From a virus, in IMG/VR virus record IMGVR_UViG_3300042879_003566, positions 1-64,000 of that record: a stretch of DNA of 64,000 nucleotides; one strand, written 5' to 3'. The notes below the pieces were generated by a model. That model saw only the letters and a program-made list of their open reading frames with translations. It had not been told where the DNA came from and searched no databases. Both the position numbers and the translations under genes were made by a program. Positions 29,070 to 38,355 of the stretch are shown here, piece after piece; the stretch's first letter is position 1; each line of letters opens with the position of its first letter.

Positions 29070-30005
29070 TCATTTTTTGGTTGTAGTTTTGAGTTGAGGC
29101 AAAGCAACACCTGGGAAAGGCACGTAGCCTGACTCCAGCATGTTATCGAACAAAGTCCAGGCATCATGCTGGGTGAACACCTCCTTTGGTTTGTAGGTAC
29201 GCCAGTGGGTTAGCGGTGCTTGTGCACCATGTTTGGTGTGCAGCAACAAGAAACGTCCATCCGTAATGGCATCCGACGGTGGTGCATACCACCAAGCCAC
29301 ACACTTATCAGGTGCGTAGGCAGGACAGGCATTGCGTACTTCAGTACGTTTGCACAGAAGATCTCTGTATTTGTTGAACCAAGTCAGGTGGATGCACCAA
29401 GGTTTGAACCCTTGGATCTCTTGTTGGAATTGCGATAGATGATTGAGCTGACGCTGAAAGGACCCACACGAGCAGCTAGGTTCGCCAAAGCTGGACCGTT
29501 GTTCATTCTCATCCAGTTCAGAGTCCATGTCAACGAGCCGATCCTCAAGCCGAAACCCGTCCGGTGCAACCAGATATCCAAGGTCGGTCTGGTCAGACTG
29601 AAGTACGGCTTTGAGCTGGTCTTGGTCTGAAAGGCGAATGAACTTGTCTGCCCACTGGGCTTGGAGACGAGCGTTAACGGTGTGCGATCCAAGGGCATGA
29701 ACGTAGCTCCATCCTTTGAACATAACGTAGGCATTCTGATTCCAGATACTTGGACCCCTGTAATTGGGGCCAAGGTAAGCAAAGAAATCTTTTAGCCTGT
29801 TGGTAAAAGAAACAAATGCTTCTTTTATTGGTTGGCGTGGATAATCAACTTTGCTACCGTCACGGTAAAGCACACGGCAAAGGTCATCAAAAAGATAGAT
29901 GCCCGTGACATCGGCTTCATTGAAGTCCGGGAACGCACGGCGTATATTCGTCCGTGTGTAGATGAACGTTTGAGCTTCATTAAGTTCAAGCAGAGTTTCA
30001 GTCAT
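29070..30005 (-). CDS. SWIM zinc-finger domain protein
   Basis: CSCGSF...WCIH. Confidence 0.55.
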   Translation of the reverse strand: MTETLLELNEAQTFIYTRTNIRRAFPDFNEADVTGIYLFDDLCRVLYRDGSKVDYPRQPIKEAFVSFTNRLKDFFAYLGPNYRGPSIWNQNAYVMFKGWSYVHALGSHTVNARLQAQWADKFIRLSDQDQLKAVLQSDQTDLGYLVAPDGFRLEDRLVDMDSELDENEQRSSFGEPSCSCGSFQRQLNHLSQFQQEIQGFKPWCIHLTWFNKYRDLLCKRTEVRNACPAYAPDKCVAWWYAPPSDAITDGRFLLLHTKHGAQAPLTHWRTYKPKEVFTQHDAWTLFDNMLESGYVPFPGVALPQLKTTTKK

Positions 30006-30316
30006 AGCAGATTGGTGTGGTGTGAAATGTGTCAGATGAACAGATCGGGATCTTGTCCTGACCGCTGGAGCTTAACACGTTCTTGTTCCTTGAGGTAGGC
30101 GGATTTACCAACCTTGTAGGTTGCGTAGCCAAGTGCTGCCCAGGCAACGGGATTACCAAGGACAAGAAGTGCACCGGCTCCAATGGCGCCAAATGTTCCT
30201 GCAGTTTTAAGAACTGCTTTGTGCTCTGGTTTCATGAGGTGATTGTTAATACATTTGGAAAAAGATAAACGGTGTTTACTATAGAAGTAAAATTAAGTAA
30301 CAATTGAATACATTCC

Positions 30317-30580
30317 ATGGATCAAATTAAGTATGTGTCGCTGTCTCAATTCCAAATCGAACCATCGTTAGACGATAAGTTTTGGGAAGAGAAGCTAAAG
30401 CGCACAATCCAGGAATGTAATTCGGTTAGTGCATTGAAAGAAATAGCGACCCTCTTAGCGAGGATCGCTACCCAAAGACAAGGTGTAATAAGGGGATTGG
30501 TACAAGATATGTTCATCTTTAATAACGTTGCCGTTAATCAAGATGATCTTGCCAACCCCCAGGTTGAATCAGATCAGTGA
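30317..30580 (+). CDS. Possible NblA-like phycobilisome degradation adaptor
   Basis: SLDDKF...IQE..S...LKE...LL....QR..IRGLV helix-loop-helix pattern; own AT-rich promoter; antisense to neighbours. Confidence 0.35.
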   Translation: MDQIKYVSLSQFQIEPSLDDKFWEEKLKRTIQECNSVSALKEIATLLARIATQRQGVIRGLVQDMFIFNNVAVNQDDLANPQVESDQ

Positions 30581-31669
30581 ATCGTCTTCACCGGTCATTG
30601 GATCACGGGCAGGCAAAGCCTTGACTTCGACATCCGTGGTGCGGGACACAGGAAGAATCTCAACACCAGCCTTGATTCCATAGGCACCGCCAAGCTTTTC
30701 AGCATCTTGCCGTGCGTGTTGGTTGATGTAATCGCTGAACATTTCCTGGAACTTCCAGGTGGATTCACGATCTTCATCAGGAATCGAGAGGCGATTCAAT
30801 GATTCGATTGCAGTTTCCTGATCGGAATAATCAGGGATGTCAAACGATTCAATAGCGCAGATCTCAACGTTGTTGGCACCGCGCATCTCATTGGCAAGCA
30901 CCGGAGCAAAGACGGTGGTTGCATAGAACTTCTCGTTGAATGCAAGAGGAACTTCAGAGTCCAGTGCTTTGCTCAGACACTTGGACATTTCCTTCTCATA
31001 CATCTTGATCTTCTCAGACACGTCGGTGCCATTAAGACCCTTCAAAGTCAAGACCATGGGGATCTTGTGGGCACGCTTGTTGTCTTCCGTCAGGATGTAA
31101 ACAAGGTACTTGGTACGCACACTGTACTTGCGCTTGTACATCTCACCTTTGCTATTGGCAAGGTCGGATGCAATCTTATCGGCTTCAAACAATTCTTTAA
31201 CGTCTGGATCCTCAAAGGTTCCAATCGTCTGCCTCATCCCAGTTGTTTCCTCAACCATAAGGGGAGAACGTAGAAGGACTTGAAGTCGAGGCTCAGTAAA
31301 ATTGAGTCCTTCTTCCACTGAAGTATTGGGAGCCATACCAAAAGTTTGCTTGTAGTTCCAGATAAGTGAACCTTTAGCAAATTGATCTTCAGTGGCGTTC
31401 CATCCACAAGTGTCAAGGTCTGACTTCCGCACGAACCAACCTCGTGTCTTGGATTTGTTGAGAGGTTGGATGGTGACGAGATTCTGGTATCCGGACACAA
31501 ACTTTTTATCTTGGAAAAGTTTGAAGGAATCCAGGCCACGGGTGGCAAGAGCAGAGGTTTTCTTCATGGTCAAAGTCGTAGTAGGTTTCTTGGGAGAAAA
31601 GGAATCAACTTTGGATTGGAGTTCATCCATCCAAGCTTCATCCATCATGTCAACAGGAGTCGTTGTCAT
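30569..31669 (-). CDS. Hypothetical replication/recombination-associated protein
   Basis: Large ORF next to SSB; acidic C-terminus. Confidence 0.6.
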   Translation of the reverse strand: MTTTPVDMMDEAWMDELQSKVDSFSPKKPTTTLTMKKTSALATRGLDSFKLFQDKKFVSGYQNLVTIQPLNKSKTRGWFVRKSDLDTCGWNATEDQFAKGSLIWNYKQTFGMAPNTSVEEGLNFTEPRLQVLLRSPLMVEETTGMRQTIGTFEDPDVKELFEADKIASDLANSKGEMYKRKYSVRTKYLVYILTEDNKRAHKIPMVLTLKGLNGTDVSEKIKMYEKEMSKCLSKALDSEVPLAFNEKFYATTVFAPVLANEMRGANNVEICAIESFDIPDYSDQETAIESLNRLSIPDEDRESTWKFQEMFSDYINQHARQDAEKLGGAYGIKAGVEILPVSRTTDVEVKALPARDPMTGEDDSLI

Positions 31670-31692
31670 GGTTGGTTCGTAGTAGAACAACA

Positions 31693-31718
31693 GATGCTTT
31701 TAACGTCATCCCAGGACG
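31693..31718 (-). promoter_or_regulatory. H-type RNA pseudoknot, copy 2 (stem 2 degenerate)
   Basis: CGTC-CT-GGGA-T-GACG-TTAAAA-GCATC. Confidence 0.5.
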
Positions 31719-31768
31719 GGCGCCTAGTCTAGGAGTGACCAGGCGCTATGGAACATCAGCGTTTGTTA

Positions 31769-32584
31769 TCAAAACGGTGCGTTGTCGTCATCTTTGGATG
31801 GGCTGCCGTATTGACCAGGGAGATCAGGCAGTCCGCTTTCACCATGACCCCAAGGATCAGGTTGTTCATCCATAGTGCGACCACCCCACAGTGAACCAAC
31901 ATTCCCTTCGGATGCAACAGTTGTTTGGGGCTGGATCGGAGCGGAACCATCGACTGCCTTGGGAGACAGCGTCATCTTCTTAAGTTCGATCTTAGTTTGT
32001 ATTTTCTTTTCCCTTGAATCTTTATCGATCCAGGAATCAGTAACCAGTCGACCCTTAATTGTTAAGCCCGTTCCTTTGCGGGTGAAGTTACACAGAAGTT
32101 CTGCGTAGTTAGGCTTATCTTCTGCGTTGTTAATTGCGTAGAAGTTAAAGAGATCAGATTGATTGCGACCAGTATTAACCGCAAGGGTTTGGTTGCAGAT
32201 CATCAAACCACTTGGTGTGGTTTTAAAAGCACGTTCATCTTCGTGGTTGACATCTTTGACGCAACGTCCACTAAGGATGACAGTGTTAAGAATCGGAAAT
32301 GTCTCTGCATTAACCATGCCAATGACACCACCATGCAAAGAGAGTTGCCTGGTATCTAAGTCATAGCGGAGCGTGGAATCATGCAGGTAAATTCCCATGT
32401 TCTTTTTCATGCGAGCAAAACGTTCAGCCGTCTTGCCGTAGATGTTAAGTTCGATGGGAGTGTCTGCTTTCTTAGCGCCGACAGCCGGTAGGCTAATCAT
32501 GCAGCGCATTGCAGTTGAGTTGGCGCCTGTAAAAACTTCCCGAGGATCTTCAAGAAGTTGAGCGCAACCAGCAAAGAAATTCAT
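31769..32584 (-). CDS. ssb: Single-stranded DNA-binding protein with two OB folds
   Basis: LNTVILSGR...KGTGLTIKGRL...W.DK; acidic tail ending DDDNAPF. Confidence 0.75.
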   Translation of the reverse strand: MNFFAGCAQLLEDPREVFTGANSTAMRCMISLPAVGAKKADTPIELNIYGKTAERFARMKKNMGIYLHDSTLRYDLDTRQLSLHGGVIGMVNAETFPILNTVILSGRCVKDVNHEDERAFKTTPSGLMICNQTLAVNTGRNQSDLFNFYAINNAEDKPNYAELLCNFTRKGTGLTIKGRLVTDSWIDKDSREKKIQTKIELKKMTLSPKAVDGSAPIQPQTTVASEGNVGSLWGGRTMDEQPDPWGHGESGLPDLPGQYGSPSKDDDNAPF

Positions 32585-32604
32585 TGCAAGAGAAGTAGGG
32601 TGGA

Positions 32605-32631
32605 AGGCAGTTTAACGTCATACCTGGGACG
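32605..32631 (-). promoter_or_regulatory. H-type RNA pseudoknot, copy 3
   Basis: CGTC-CC-AGGTA-T-GACG-TTAAAC-TGCCT. Confidence 0.7.
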
Positions 32632-32642
32632 GGTCCATAGAT

Positions 32643-34466
32643 TTAGTGGGTATCAGACCAAGTCTTACCAACTCGGGAGTCACCTTCAATCAAGCATTGA
32701 AAGTTAAAAAACTCCTGGGCCTGGGGGAATGAAAGCATAGCTTGCTCCCTGATTTTTTCTGTGTGATCTGGATGGCATGCAATTTGGATTTCATCATGCA
32801 CCATCAACAGCTGCTCCCAGTCTTGACCGTAGACCAGACCAAGGTTTTGTTCAATGTTTTGTTGCGTAAAAACAACAACTTGTTTCATAAGGATTGCACC
32901 TGCGGATTGCAGGAGAACATTCAATCCTTTGAACGCAGAGCGACAATGCAGAACGCGACGATCAAGACCACGCAAATAACCCCGGGATCCAATAGTTTCA
33001 TCAATCTGTTGTTTAAGTTTCTTTAATGCAGGTACACCTTTCATGAATGAATTGATAGCATTACTTCCCAGTTGCCGGAGAACTAATTCATCCTTTTCAT
33101 CAGGGTCGATAATGGTACCAGCCTTGGCAGCACCACATCCGTAAAGCATTCCATACAATAACCGCTTACTAATATCACGAGTTGCTACGCCAAACTGCTC
33201 TTGGTTATACGTATGGATATCAATTTCCGGGTTAACAACTAGAGAAGCATACTCTCCGTTGTCCCAAAGGGCCAAGTATCCAGCAAGGCAGCGCAGCTCA
33301 AGTGCTTTAGCGTCAATACCAATGAGGTCCCACCCGTAAGGAGCATGGAATAAATTGCGACATTCCTTTCCATATGGGGAGTAAGACGCAGGCACTTGGC
33401 CCATGTTTGGATTACGGTGTGCGCACCGCCCAGTGATGCAACCGTTAGTAATAAGGTCGCCGTGGATACAGCCAGATTCGTTGTTGAACAACTTGATCCA
33501 AGCATTGTTGCCATCTGCAATTTGACCAAGACGTTTTTTGACCAGCATGTATTCTGCCAATGGCTTGGCTTCTGGGAAAGGCAATGTCTCTAATACCTCA
33601 TCATTAAGGATTGGATTTCCTTTCTCAGTAGTTTTTTCTGGTCGCCATCCGTACTTCTGCGCAAGTCGATTAGCAATCTGGTCACGAGATCCAGGATTGA
33701 ATTCTTCAATGCAGACTTTTTCAAATGGGACACCTTTGACATAGCCACGGGTTTTGTTGTTGACCTTGGGAGTAAACCAAGAGCGATGTTCAATAGGCGG
33801 GAAGACTTTCTTTAACTCGTCTTCAAGTTCTTTTTGTCTTGTGCGTAGTACATCCACAAGATCAAAAGCTGCATCAAGATCAAAAGGAACACCTGATCTA
33901 ACTTGTCGATCAATTGCAAGCGCAAAGTCGTGCTCCAGTTTGAGCGCCGCCTCTGGGTAGTGTTGCTTGCAGATGTGTTCCCAAAGTTTCTTAGTAACTT
34001 CCACGTCTTGGATGCAGTACTTAAGCATCTCTTCTGAATAGACGGAGAAGTCCTTGAAGTTGATCTTATGATCGGCCAAGCGCCATCCCCACGCCTTAAG
34101 CGATGCGGATCCACGTAGGTTCGGTGAAACCTGCGAATATTGTTCGATGTCAAGGTCATAGAGAAGTTCTTTGGGCCAGATCAATCGTGTGCAAATGAGT
34201 GTGTCAATGATGCGTGATTTGCATGTGAATGAATGTAGTTTTTGTAGGACTGGAATGTCATAGAAAATAATATTGTGCCCGATCAAAACATCAGCGGTTG
34301 CCAGATGAGCAAGAGCATCAGCAATGTGATCAGGCCCATAAGTAAAAGTTTGTTTGCGTCCAATGTCATAGAGAACAATGCAGTGGATAACTGTGACAGC
34401 ATCATAAAGATTGTCAGACTCAAGGTCAAAGACCAACCAGGTTTCACTTACGGAATCTGGCTTCAT
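32643..34466 (-). CDS. polA: DNA polymerase family A (T7-like, 3'-5' exonuclease plus polymerase)
   Basis: VFDLESD; GHNIIFYD; YCIQDV; DAKALELR; RDISKRLLYGMLYG (Tyr at the T7 Y526 position); VHDE. Confidence 0.93.
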   Translation of the reverse strand: MKPDSVSETWLVFDLESDNLYDAVTVIHCIVLYDIGRKQTFTYGPDHIADALAHLATADVLIGHNIIFYDIPVLQKLHSFTCKSRIIDTLICTRLIWPKELLYDLDIEQYSQVSPNLRGSASLKAWGWRLADHKINFKDFSVYSEEMLKYCIQDVEVTKKLWEHICKQHYPEAALKLEHDFALAIDRQVRSGVPFDLDAAFDLVDVLRTRQKELEDELKKVFPPIEHRSWFTPKVNNKTRGYVKGVPFEKVCIEEFNPGSRDQIANRLAQKYGWRPEKTTEKGNPILNDEVLETLPFPEAKPLAEYMLVKKRLGQIADGNNAWIKLFNNESGCIHGDLITNGCITGRCAHRNPNMGQVPASYSPYGKECRNLFHAPYGWDLIGIDAKALELRCLAGYLALWDNGEYASLVVNPEIDIHTYNQEQFGVATRDISKRLLYGMLYGCGAAKAGTIIDPDEKDELVLRQLGSNAINSFMKGVPALKKLKQQIDETIGSRGYLRGLDRRVLHCRSAFKGLNVLLQSAGAILMKQVVVFTQQNIEQNLGLVYGQDWEQLLMVHDEIQIACHPDHTEKIREQAMLSFPQAQEFFNFQCLIEGDSRVGKTWSDTH

Positions 34467-34740
34467 CTTGAATTGAGAGGTCTTGACCAGAGAGCTTGTC
34501 ATTGTTCTTGTTAATCCACGCCAAGATTTGCTGCGCACCCGCACGGTACGGATGAGAGAAAATCTTGTTGAGAGCTACGTCAGAGTCTAACGGAATCAAC
34601 AGAAATTGATTGGATTTATTACACGCAGTAATGGCGTGTGGCACTCCATTTTTCCAGGTTGCAATGACGTAGCTCACGGTGAACGTTGAAAGAACGCTCA
34701 GATAATATCCGATTTATTGAGCAATGCAAGATGTGCGGAA

Positions 34741-35502
34741 TTACTTTCGATTTGATTTGCCGTATCCCACAAAGTCACCATCTTTCTTGCGTTGAGACAA
34801 CGCCTTGCTGGCTTCTGTACCAGCGCGTTGACTGCCATGTACCAGCAGTGCAAACGGCTTGTCGCCCAAGCAATGGCTATCGTCGTGATCGATTTCCAAT
34901 CCCAGCTCAGTTGCCTGCTGTTCTGTGTAGACCACATAGGCAATGCGCTTGAACACCTTGGGGTGTTTGGGAATTAGGTAATCGAGCGTACCACCATGGG
35001 ACGCAGTGAGATAGAAGTTAGGTGGAATGATGTCGGCAAGGTTAAGCCACATGCCCAACGACTTGGTGTAGGCATAGAAGGTTTGGTTGGGCCGCTCGGT
35101 TGCAGCCATGAACCAAGCCTTCATGTAGTTCTCTGTCCAGAAATCACCAGACTCATGAACCCGCACCAATTGTTTGGGCGGCATCATGGTCAAGGACAGA
35201 TCAATGAGGTCACGCAGCAGTGTGACTTGGTTGCCATTGGAATACAACGTTTCACGCAGCAAATCCCAGTTGTGCCAGCGTGCTTCCCTGACGTTGGGCC
35301 GCACTTCTGACATAGCTGCAAAGCAGCGGAACTCATCTGCTGTGGTACCAGTGGTCTGGGGCAGATCAGTGATGGTACCTGTGGCACGGTCAGCAAAGGT
35401 CTTGCAAACACCAGCGTGCGGGCAGGAGTAACCCGCTGGAAGCGAGAAGATCAAACGGTTCTTGAGCTTACCGTTACCGGTGGAAAACTTGAGGAGTTTC
35501 AT
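34741..35502 (-). CDS. Gp88-like protein (radical-SAM-related phage family)
   Basis: FSLPAGYSCP.A..C...CFA; VRVHESGDF; FYAYTK. Confidence 0.65.
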   Translation of the reverse strand: MKLLKFSTGNGKLKNRLIFSLPAGYSCPHAGVCKTFADRATGTITDLPQTTGTTADEFRCFAAMSEVRPNVREARWHNWDLLRETLYSNGNQVTLLRDLIDLSLTMMPPKQLVRVHESGDFWTENYMKAWFMAATERPNQTFYAYTKSLGMWLNLADIIPPNFYLTASHGGTLDYLIPKHPKVFKRIAYVVYTEQQATELGLEIDHDDSHCLGDKPFALLVHGSQRAGTEASKALSQRKKDGDFVGYGKSNRK

Positions 35503-35536
35503 GGTGTGGTGTGGATAAAAGATAAGCAAAGCTTAT

Positions 35537-35563
35537 GGATGAGTTTAAGGACATCCCAGGTCC
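35537..35563 (-). promoter_or_regulatory. H-type RNA pseudoknot, copy 4 (stem 1 covaried)
   Basis: GGAC-CT-GGGA-T-GTCC-TTAAAC-TCATCC. Confidence 0.55.
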
Positions 35564-35608
35564 GTTGATGTGTTACATGATGAACGACATCATATACAAC
35601 AACGATCA

Positions 35609-35632
35609 TATACTTTCCGTATCAATAGATAC
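35609..35632 (+). promoter_or_regulatory. -10 box (TATACT) followed by palindromic NtcA-type site
   Basis: TATACT 35609-14; GTATC-AATA-GATAC (GTA-N8-TAC) 35619-32, 8 nt before ATG 35641. Confidence 0.55.
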
Positions 35633-35640
35633 AGAATCTT

Positions 35641-35793
35641 ATGGAACTAACGTATCGCGGCTGCAAGTATGACAAAGGGCAACAAGCCAAGAAGGATAGG
35701 GACTGGTGGAACCTGACCCATCGCCCTTGGCTGCGCCTGACATACCGTAATATTGGATACCTTCCTTACCTGATCGGAGGTCAAATCAAATGA
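35641..35793 (+). CDS. DUF4278-like small protein (50 aa)
   Basis: MELTYRGCKY...LRLTYRNIGY: doubled LTYR(G) motif; too short for the ORF track. Confidence 0.65.
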   Translation: MELTYRGCKYDKGQQAKKDRDWWNLTHRPWLRLTYRNIGYLPYLIGGQIK

Positions 35794-35906
35794 ACAAGGC
35801 ACTGATTGTTTACTTAATTGATCAAAAGAAAAAGACGGCACGTAAGGATATTGAATCCAAACATGCCATCAAAGAATTAAAAAAACAACCGGCCTCGACT
35901 TTTTAA
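35790..35906 (+). CDS. Small basic protein (38 aa)
   Basis: ATGA overlap with the upstream gene; MNKALIVYLIDQKKKTARKD... Confidence 0.55.
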   Translation: MNKALIVYLIDQKKKTARKDIESKHAIKELKKQPASTF

Positions 35907-35919
35907 TTCCCGTTCATCA

Positions 35920-35945
35920 GCCTCCGGATCAAACGGAGGTTTTTT
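35920..35945 (+). terminator. Rho-independent terminator
   Basis: CCTCCG-GATCAAA-CGGAGG followed by T6. Confidence 0.75.
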
Positions 35946-36576
35946 ATTGGAAGACAGCTTCTCCGATAACAGGGAATTGGTCACAGAAGATTTGCTGGAT
36001 GTCTCGGGCGATTTGTTGGTGTTCGAGTTGGGTTCCATTGGCAGTGCGCAGTTGAAGGTAGTGTATCCACGAACGGAGTGTACCGTTCATGTATAGACGT
36101 GTCTGTGTCGAAAGCGGCAAAACCGCACGAGCACATTCCTTGGCGACACCGTTACTGATCATCTCACGGTACAGATGTTCAGCGTCTTCATATAGATGAC
36201 TGATGCGACGGTAGTAACCAGAGATTAAATCAGAATCCAAATCATCAATACTGTTTTGACGATTCTTCTGATCTTGACGACGCAGGTGAGGGATCACAGC
36301 GGAGCCAAGTTCACTGGCATCTGCATAGCGTTGACTGAATTCCTGGAAACTAAATGAACGATGGCGCAAGATCTGTGGTGCGATTGCACGTGTCGTTTCA
36401 ATCTCAACGCACATGTTTGCCATCTCATACGGCGACCAATGGTTGTTGTTAATTAGATAACGCAGCAACCGTGGTGCAGTGTCCATGTTGTCTTGATTGC
36501 GCGGTGCAGAAACACGCGCCATCTTGACGATCATTTCTTCTGCGTTGGGCGTTGCCCATACCAATTTGACAGGCAT
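35944..36576 (-). CDS. thyX: FAD-dependent thymidylate synthase
   Basis: HWSPYE; RHRSFSFQEFSQRY; ECARAVLP; GTLRSW. Confidence 0.95.
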   Translation of the reverse strand: MPVKLVWATPNAEEMIVKMARVSAPRNQDNMDTAPRLLRYLINNNHWSPYEMANMCVEIETTRAIAPQILRHRSFSFQEFSQRYADASELGSAVIPHLRRQDQKNRQNSIDDLDSDLISGYYRRISHLYEDAEHLYREMISNGVAKECARAVLPLSTQTRLYMNGTLRSWIHYLQLRTANGTQLEHQQIARDIQQIFCDQFPVIGEAVFQ

Positions 36577-36578
36577 CT

Positions 36579-36878
36579 TTATTCTCCAGGTACCACGGTA
36601 TTTTTGCTGAGTTGATCGAGATGATCAATAGGACAAATACGCATTTGCGCGTGCTCCGTTGGAGAAGCAAGGTGGTCCCATTGGACGACAAGGACTTTCA
36701 TCTTGGTACCACGGGAGTCACGCTTTTCCTTGAAGTCAATGACCGTACCGTAGCGTTGTGTCCTGTGTTGTGCGATGCGTTCACGCACATCTTGTTTGTT
36801 GGTGAAGATCCCATGGGTCTTGGGACGTTCAGCAACGCGATCACCAATGGTGTATTTGAACTGTGCTTTGTTTGCCAT
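36579..36878 (-). CDS. Hypothetical protein (SH3/KOW-like)
   Basis: YTIGDRV...YGTV...VQWD. Confidence 0.5.
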   Translation of the reverse strand: MANKAQFKYTIGDRVAERPKTHGIFTNKQDVRERIAQHRTQRYGTVIDFKEKRDSRGTKMKVLVVQWDHLASPTEHAQMRICPIDHLDQLSKNTVVPGE

Positions 36879-37222
36879 CAGATGTGAGTCCAAGCTTTTC
36901 GGTTAACAATGCGTGAGATGTACGATACGCTGATGCCGTATTTTGCAGAGATTGCTTGATGGTTAAAACCCCAGGCATGCATACGGCGAATATGCAGTAC
37001 GTTCTTTTCAGTCAGTACAGCATTACCGTTGTCAGCTCCACGGGCAACGTTACCAGGCCTTGGTTTACCCTTAGGAGGACCCGGCTTCAAGACTTCGTAT
37101 CGCTCAATGGTGCGGTACTTAGCATCACATGAAAGACATCGGCAATAGCGTTTAGTAAAACCAGGGAAGTGATTGGTGCAGGTGACGCGTGTGTACTTGC
37201 TTGAGCAAGACGGGCAGTTCAT
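36878..37222 (-). CDS. Zinc ribbon plus helix-turn-helix protein
   Basis: CPSC...RYCRCLSC...TIE; LTE..V..IR...ISAKYGIS...ISRI...W. Confidence 0.65.
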   Translation of the reverse strand: MNCPSCSSKYTRVTCTNHFPGFTKRYCRCLSCDAKYRTIERYEVLKPGPPKGKPRPGNVARGADNGNAVLTEKNVLHIRRMHAWGFNHQAISAKYGISVSYISRIVNRKAWTHI

Positions 37223-37581
37223 TGGGGATCAAGTGAACAGGGTGCGTTATCAATAGATTGATTACGTATTTCTGCATACTTATCTAACTGCAAAGAATCC
37301 AATAAATACAGAGTATTTTCTGGGCCAATGATCTTGAATGCATCAACAATTAGATCATGCTTACGCAAAGGGATGCGGTAGTAATCCAAAAGGATTTCTT
37401 CTGCACGATCAAAGTCATCGATGGTTCCAGTCAACCGTTCAACAACAGTGCTTGGCATGTTGTCAACAATGTTACCAACAATGGCATCGATGACTGCTGA
37501 CCAAGTCTCGGATGGAATCATCGCGATGACTTTATCAACCAAGTCAAGATCAATGGGATCGTTTTGAGACTGACTGATCAT
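37219..37581 (-). CDS. Hypothetical protein
   Basis: 120-aa acidic ORF. Confidence 0.55.
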   Translation of the reverse strand: MISQSQNDPIDLDLVDKVIAMIPSETWSAVIDAIVGNIVDNMPSTVVERLTGTIDDFDRAEEILLDYYRIPLRKHDLIVDAFKIIGPENTLYLLDSLQLDKYAEIRNQSIDNAPCSLDPQ

Positions 37582-37585
37582 AAGG

Positions 37586-37610
37586 AAAAAGCCCCCGGTT
37601 TCCCAGGGGC
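37586..37610 (-). terminator. Rho-independent terminator
   Basis: GCCCCTGG-GAAA-CCGGGGGC followed by T5; nearly identical to the terminator at 62938. Confidence 0.75.
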
Positions 37611-37631
37611 CGTCTGCACTTCTCGTGTAGT

Positions 37632-37994
37632 TTAGACCGCTTGAACCTGGGTGTCCACCACTGGTTCCATCACGCCAGCTTCTTTGAGTTTATCGAGCAT
37701 GGCGCACATGATTGTGGCGTGCTGATGGGTTTGTTCCATGAAGTGTTTGGCACGATCAGCGGTAATGGTGTGAGTACAACCATTGGGTTCGGTGTACTTC
37801 CAACTGCCATCCGGTTGAGGATCGCCTTGGAGCGCAAGGCGTTCAGAGTTGTGAACGTAGCGCAGTTCCAAGTTGTGGTAATCCTTGAGACCGTCTGGTG
37901 CAGTCCAAGTTGCACCGAGGTTGTAGCGATTGTCTTCGTCAGAAAACGCATGGAATTCAGGGATAACTGATTTGAAAGCAGCAAGAATTTGCAT
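37632..37994 (-). CDS. Hypothetical protein
   Basis: 120-aa ORF, ACC-ATG context. Confidence 0.6.
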   Translation of the reverse strand: MQILAAFKSVIPEFHAFSDEDNRYNLGATWTAPDGLKDYHNLELRYVHNSERLALQGDPQPDGSWKYTEPNGCTHTITADRAKHFMEQTHQHATIMCAMLDKLKEAGVMEPVVDTQVQAV

Positions 37995-38012
37995 GGTGTT
38001 GAGTAAGGGAAT

Positions 38013-38088
38013 TGGTACCCGAGGTGAGATTCGAACTCACGCTGGAGCGATTTTAAGTCGCTTGCCTCTTCCGCTGGGCTACTCGGGC
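38013..38088 (-). tRNA. tRNA-Leu(UAA) with short variable loop
   Basis: GCCCGAG/CTCGGGT-A-CCA; AGCGA-CTTAAAA-TCGCT; GTGAG-TTCGAAT-CTCAC; 76 nt. Confidence 0.88.
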
Positions 38089-38089
38089 G

Positions 38090-38133
38090 CACTTGGACTT
38101 ACGCTTACATCAATGGATGCATGCTGCCAAGTG
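38090..38133 (-). promoter_or_regulatory. GGCA/GTAAGTCC internal-loop hairpin, copy D
   Basis: CACTT-GGCA-(stem-loop)-GTAAGTCC-AAGTG, ending 1 nt before tRNA-Leu. Confidence 0.55.
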
Positions 38134-38355
38134 TGGTCATGGGGCAATGGCTCAGTGCCATATTCCCATGTGTCGTAGTCTTCTTCATTACGTGGATCGT
38201 CTTCGATCAGTACGTAATGCGGAGAGTTGTCATGAATGAAATCTCCGATGTTTGCCATAGCCATAGCCAGGAGTTGATCATCGGTGTAGTCGTGTTCCAT
38301 GGTGAAGGACCAGCCCTAGTATCGAGGCTAAGGCTGGTCAATTTGGCTTCGGCCT

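Noticed and set aside
35560-35940. Glutamine riboswitch near the DUF4278-like gene (CGTTCATC seen twice)
   Set aside because: One copy is on the wrong strand and the other lies downstream beside the terminator; the remaining conserved core is missing
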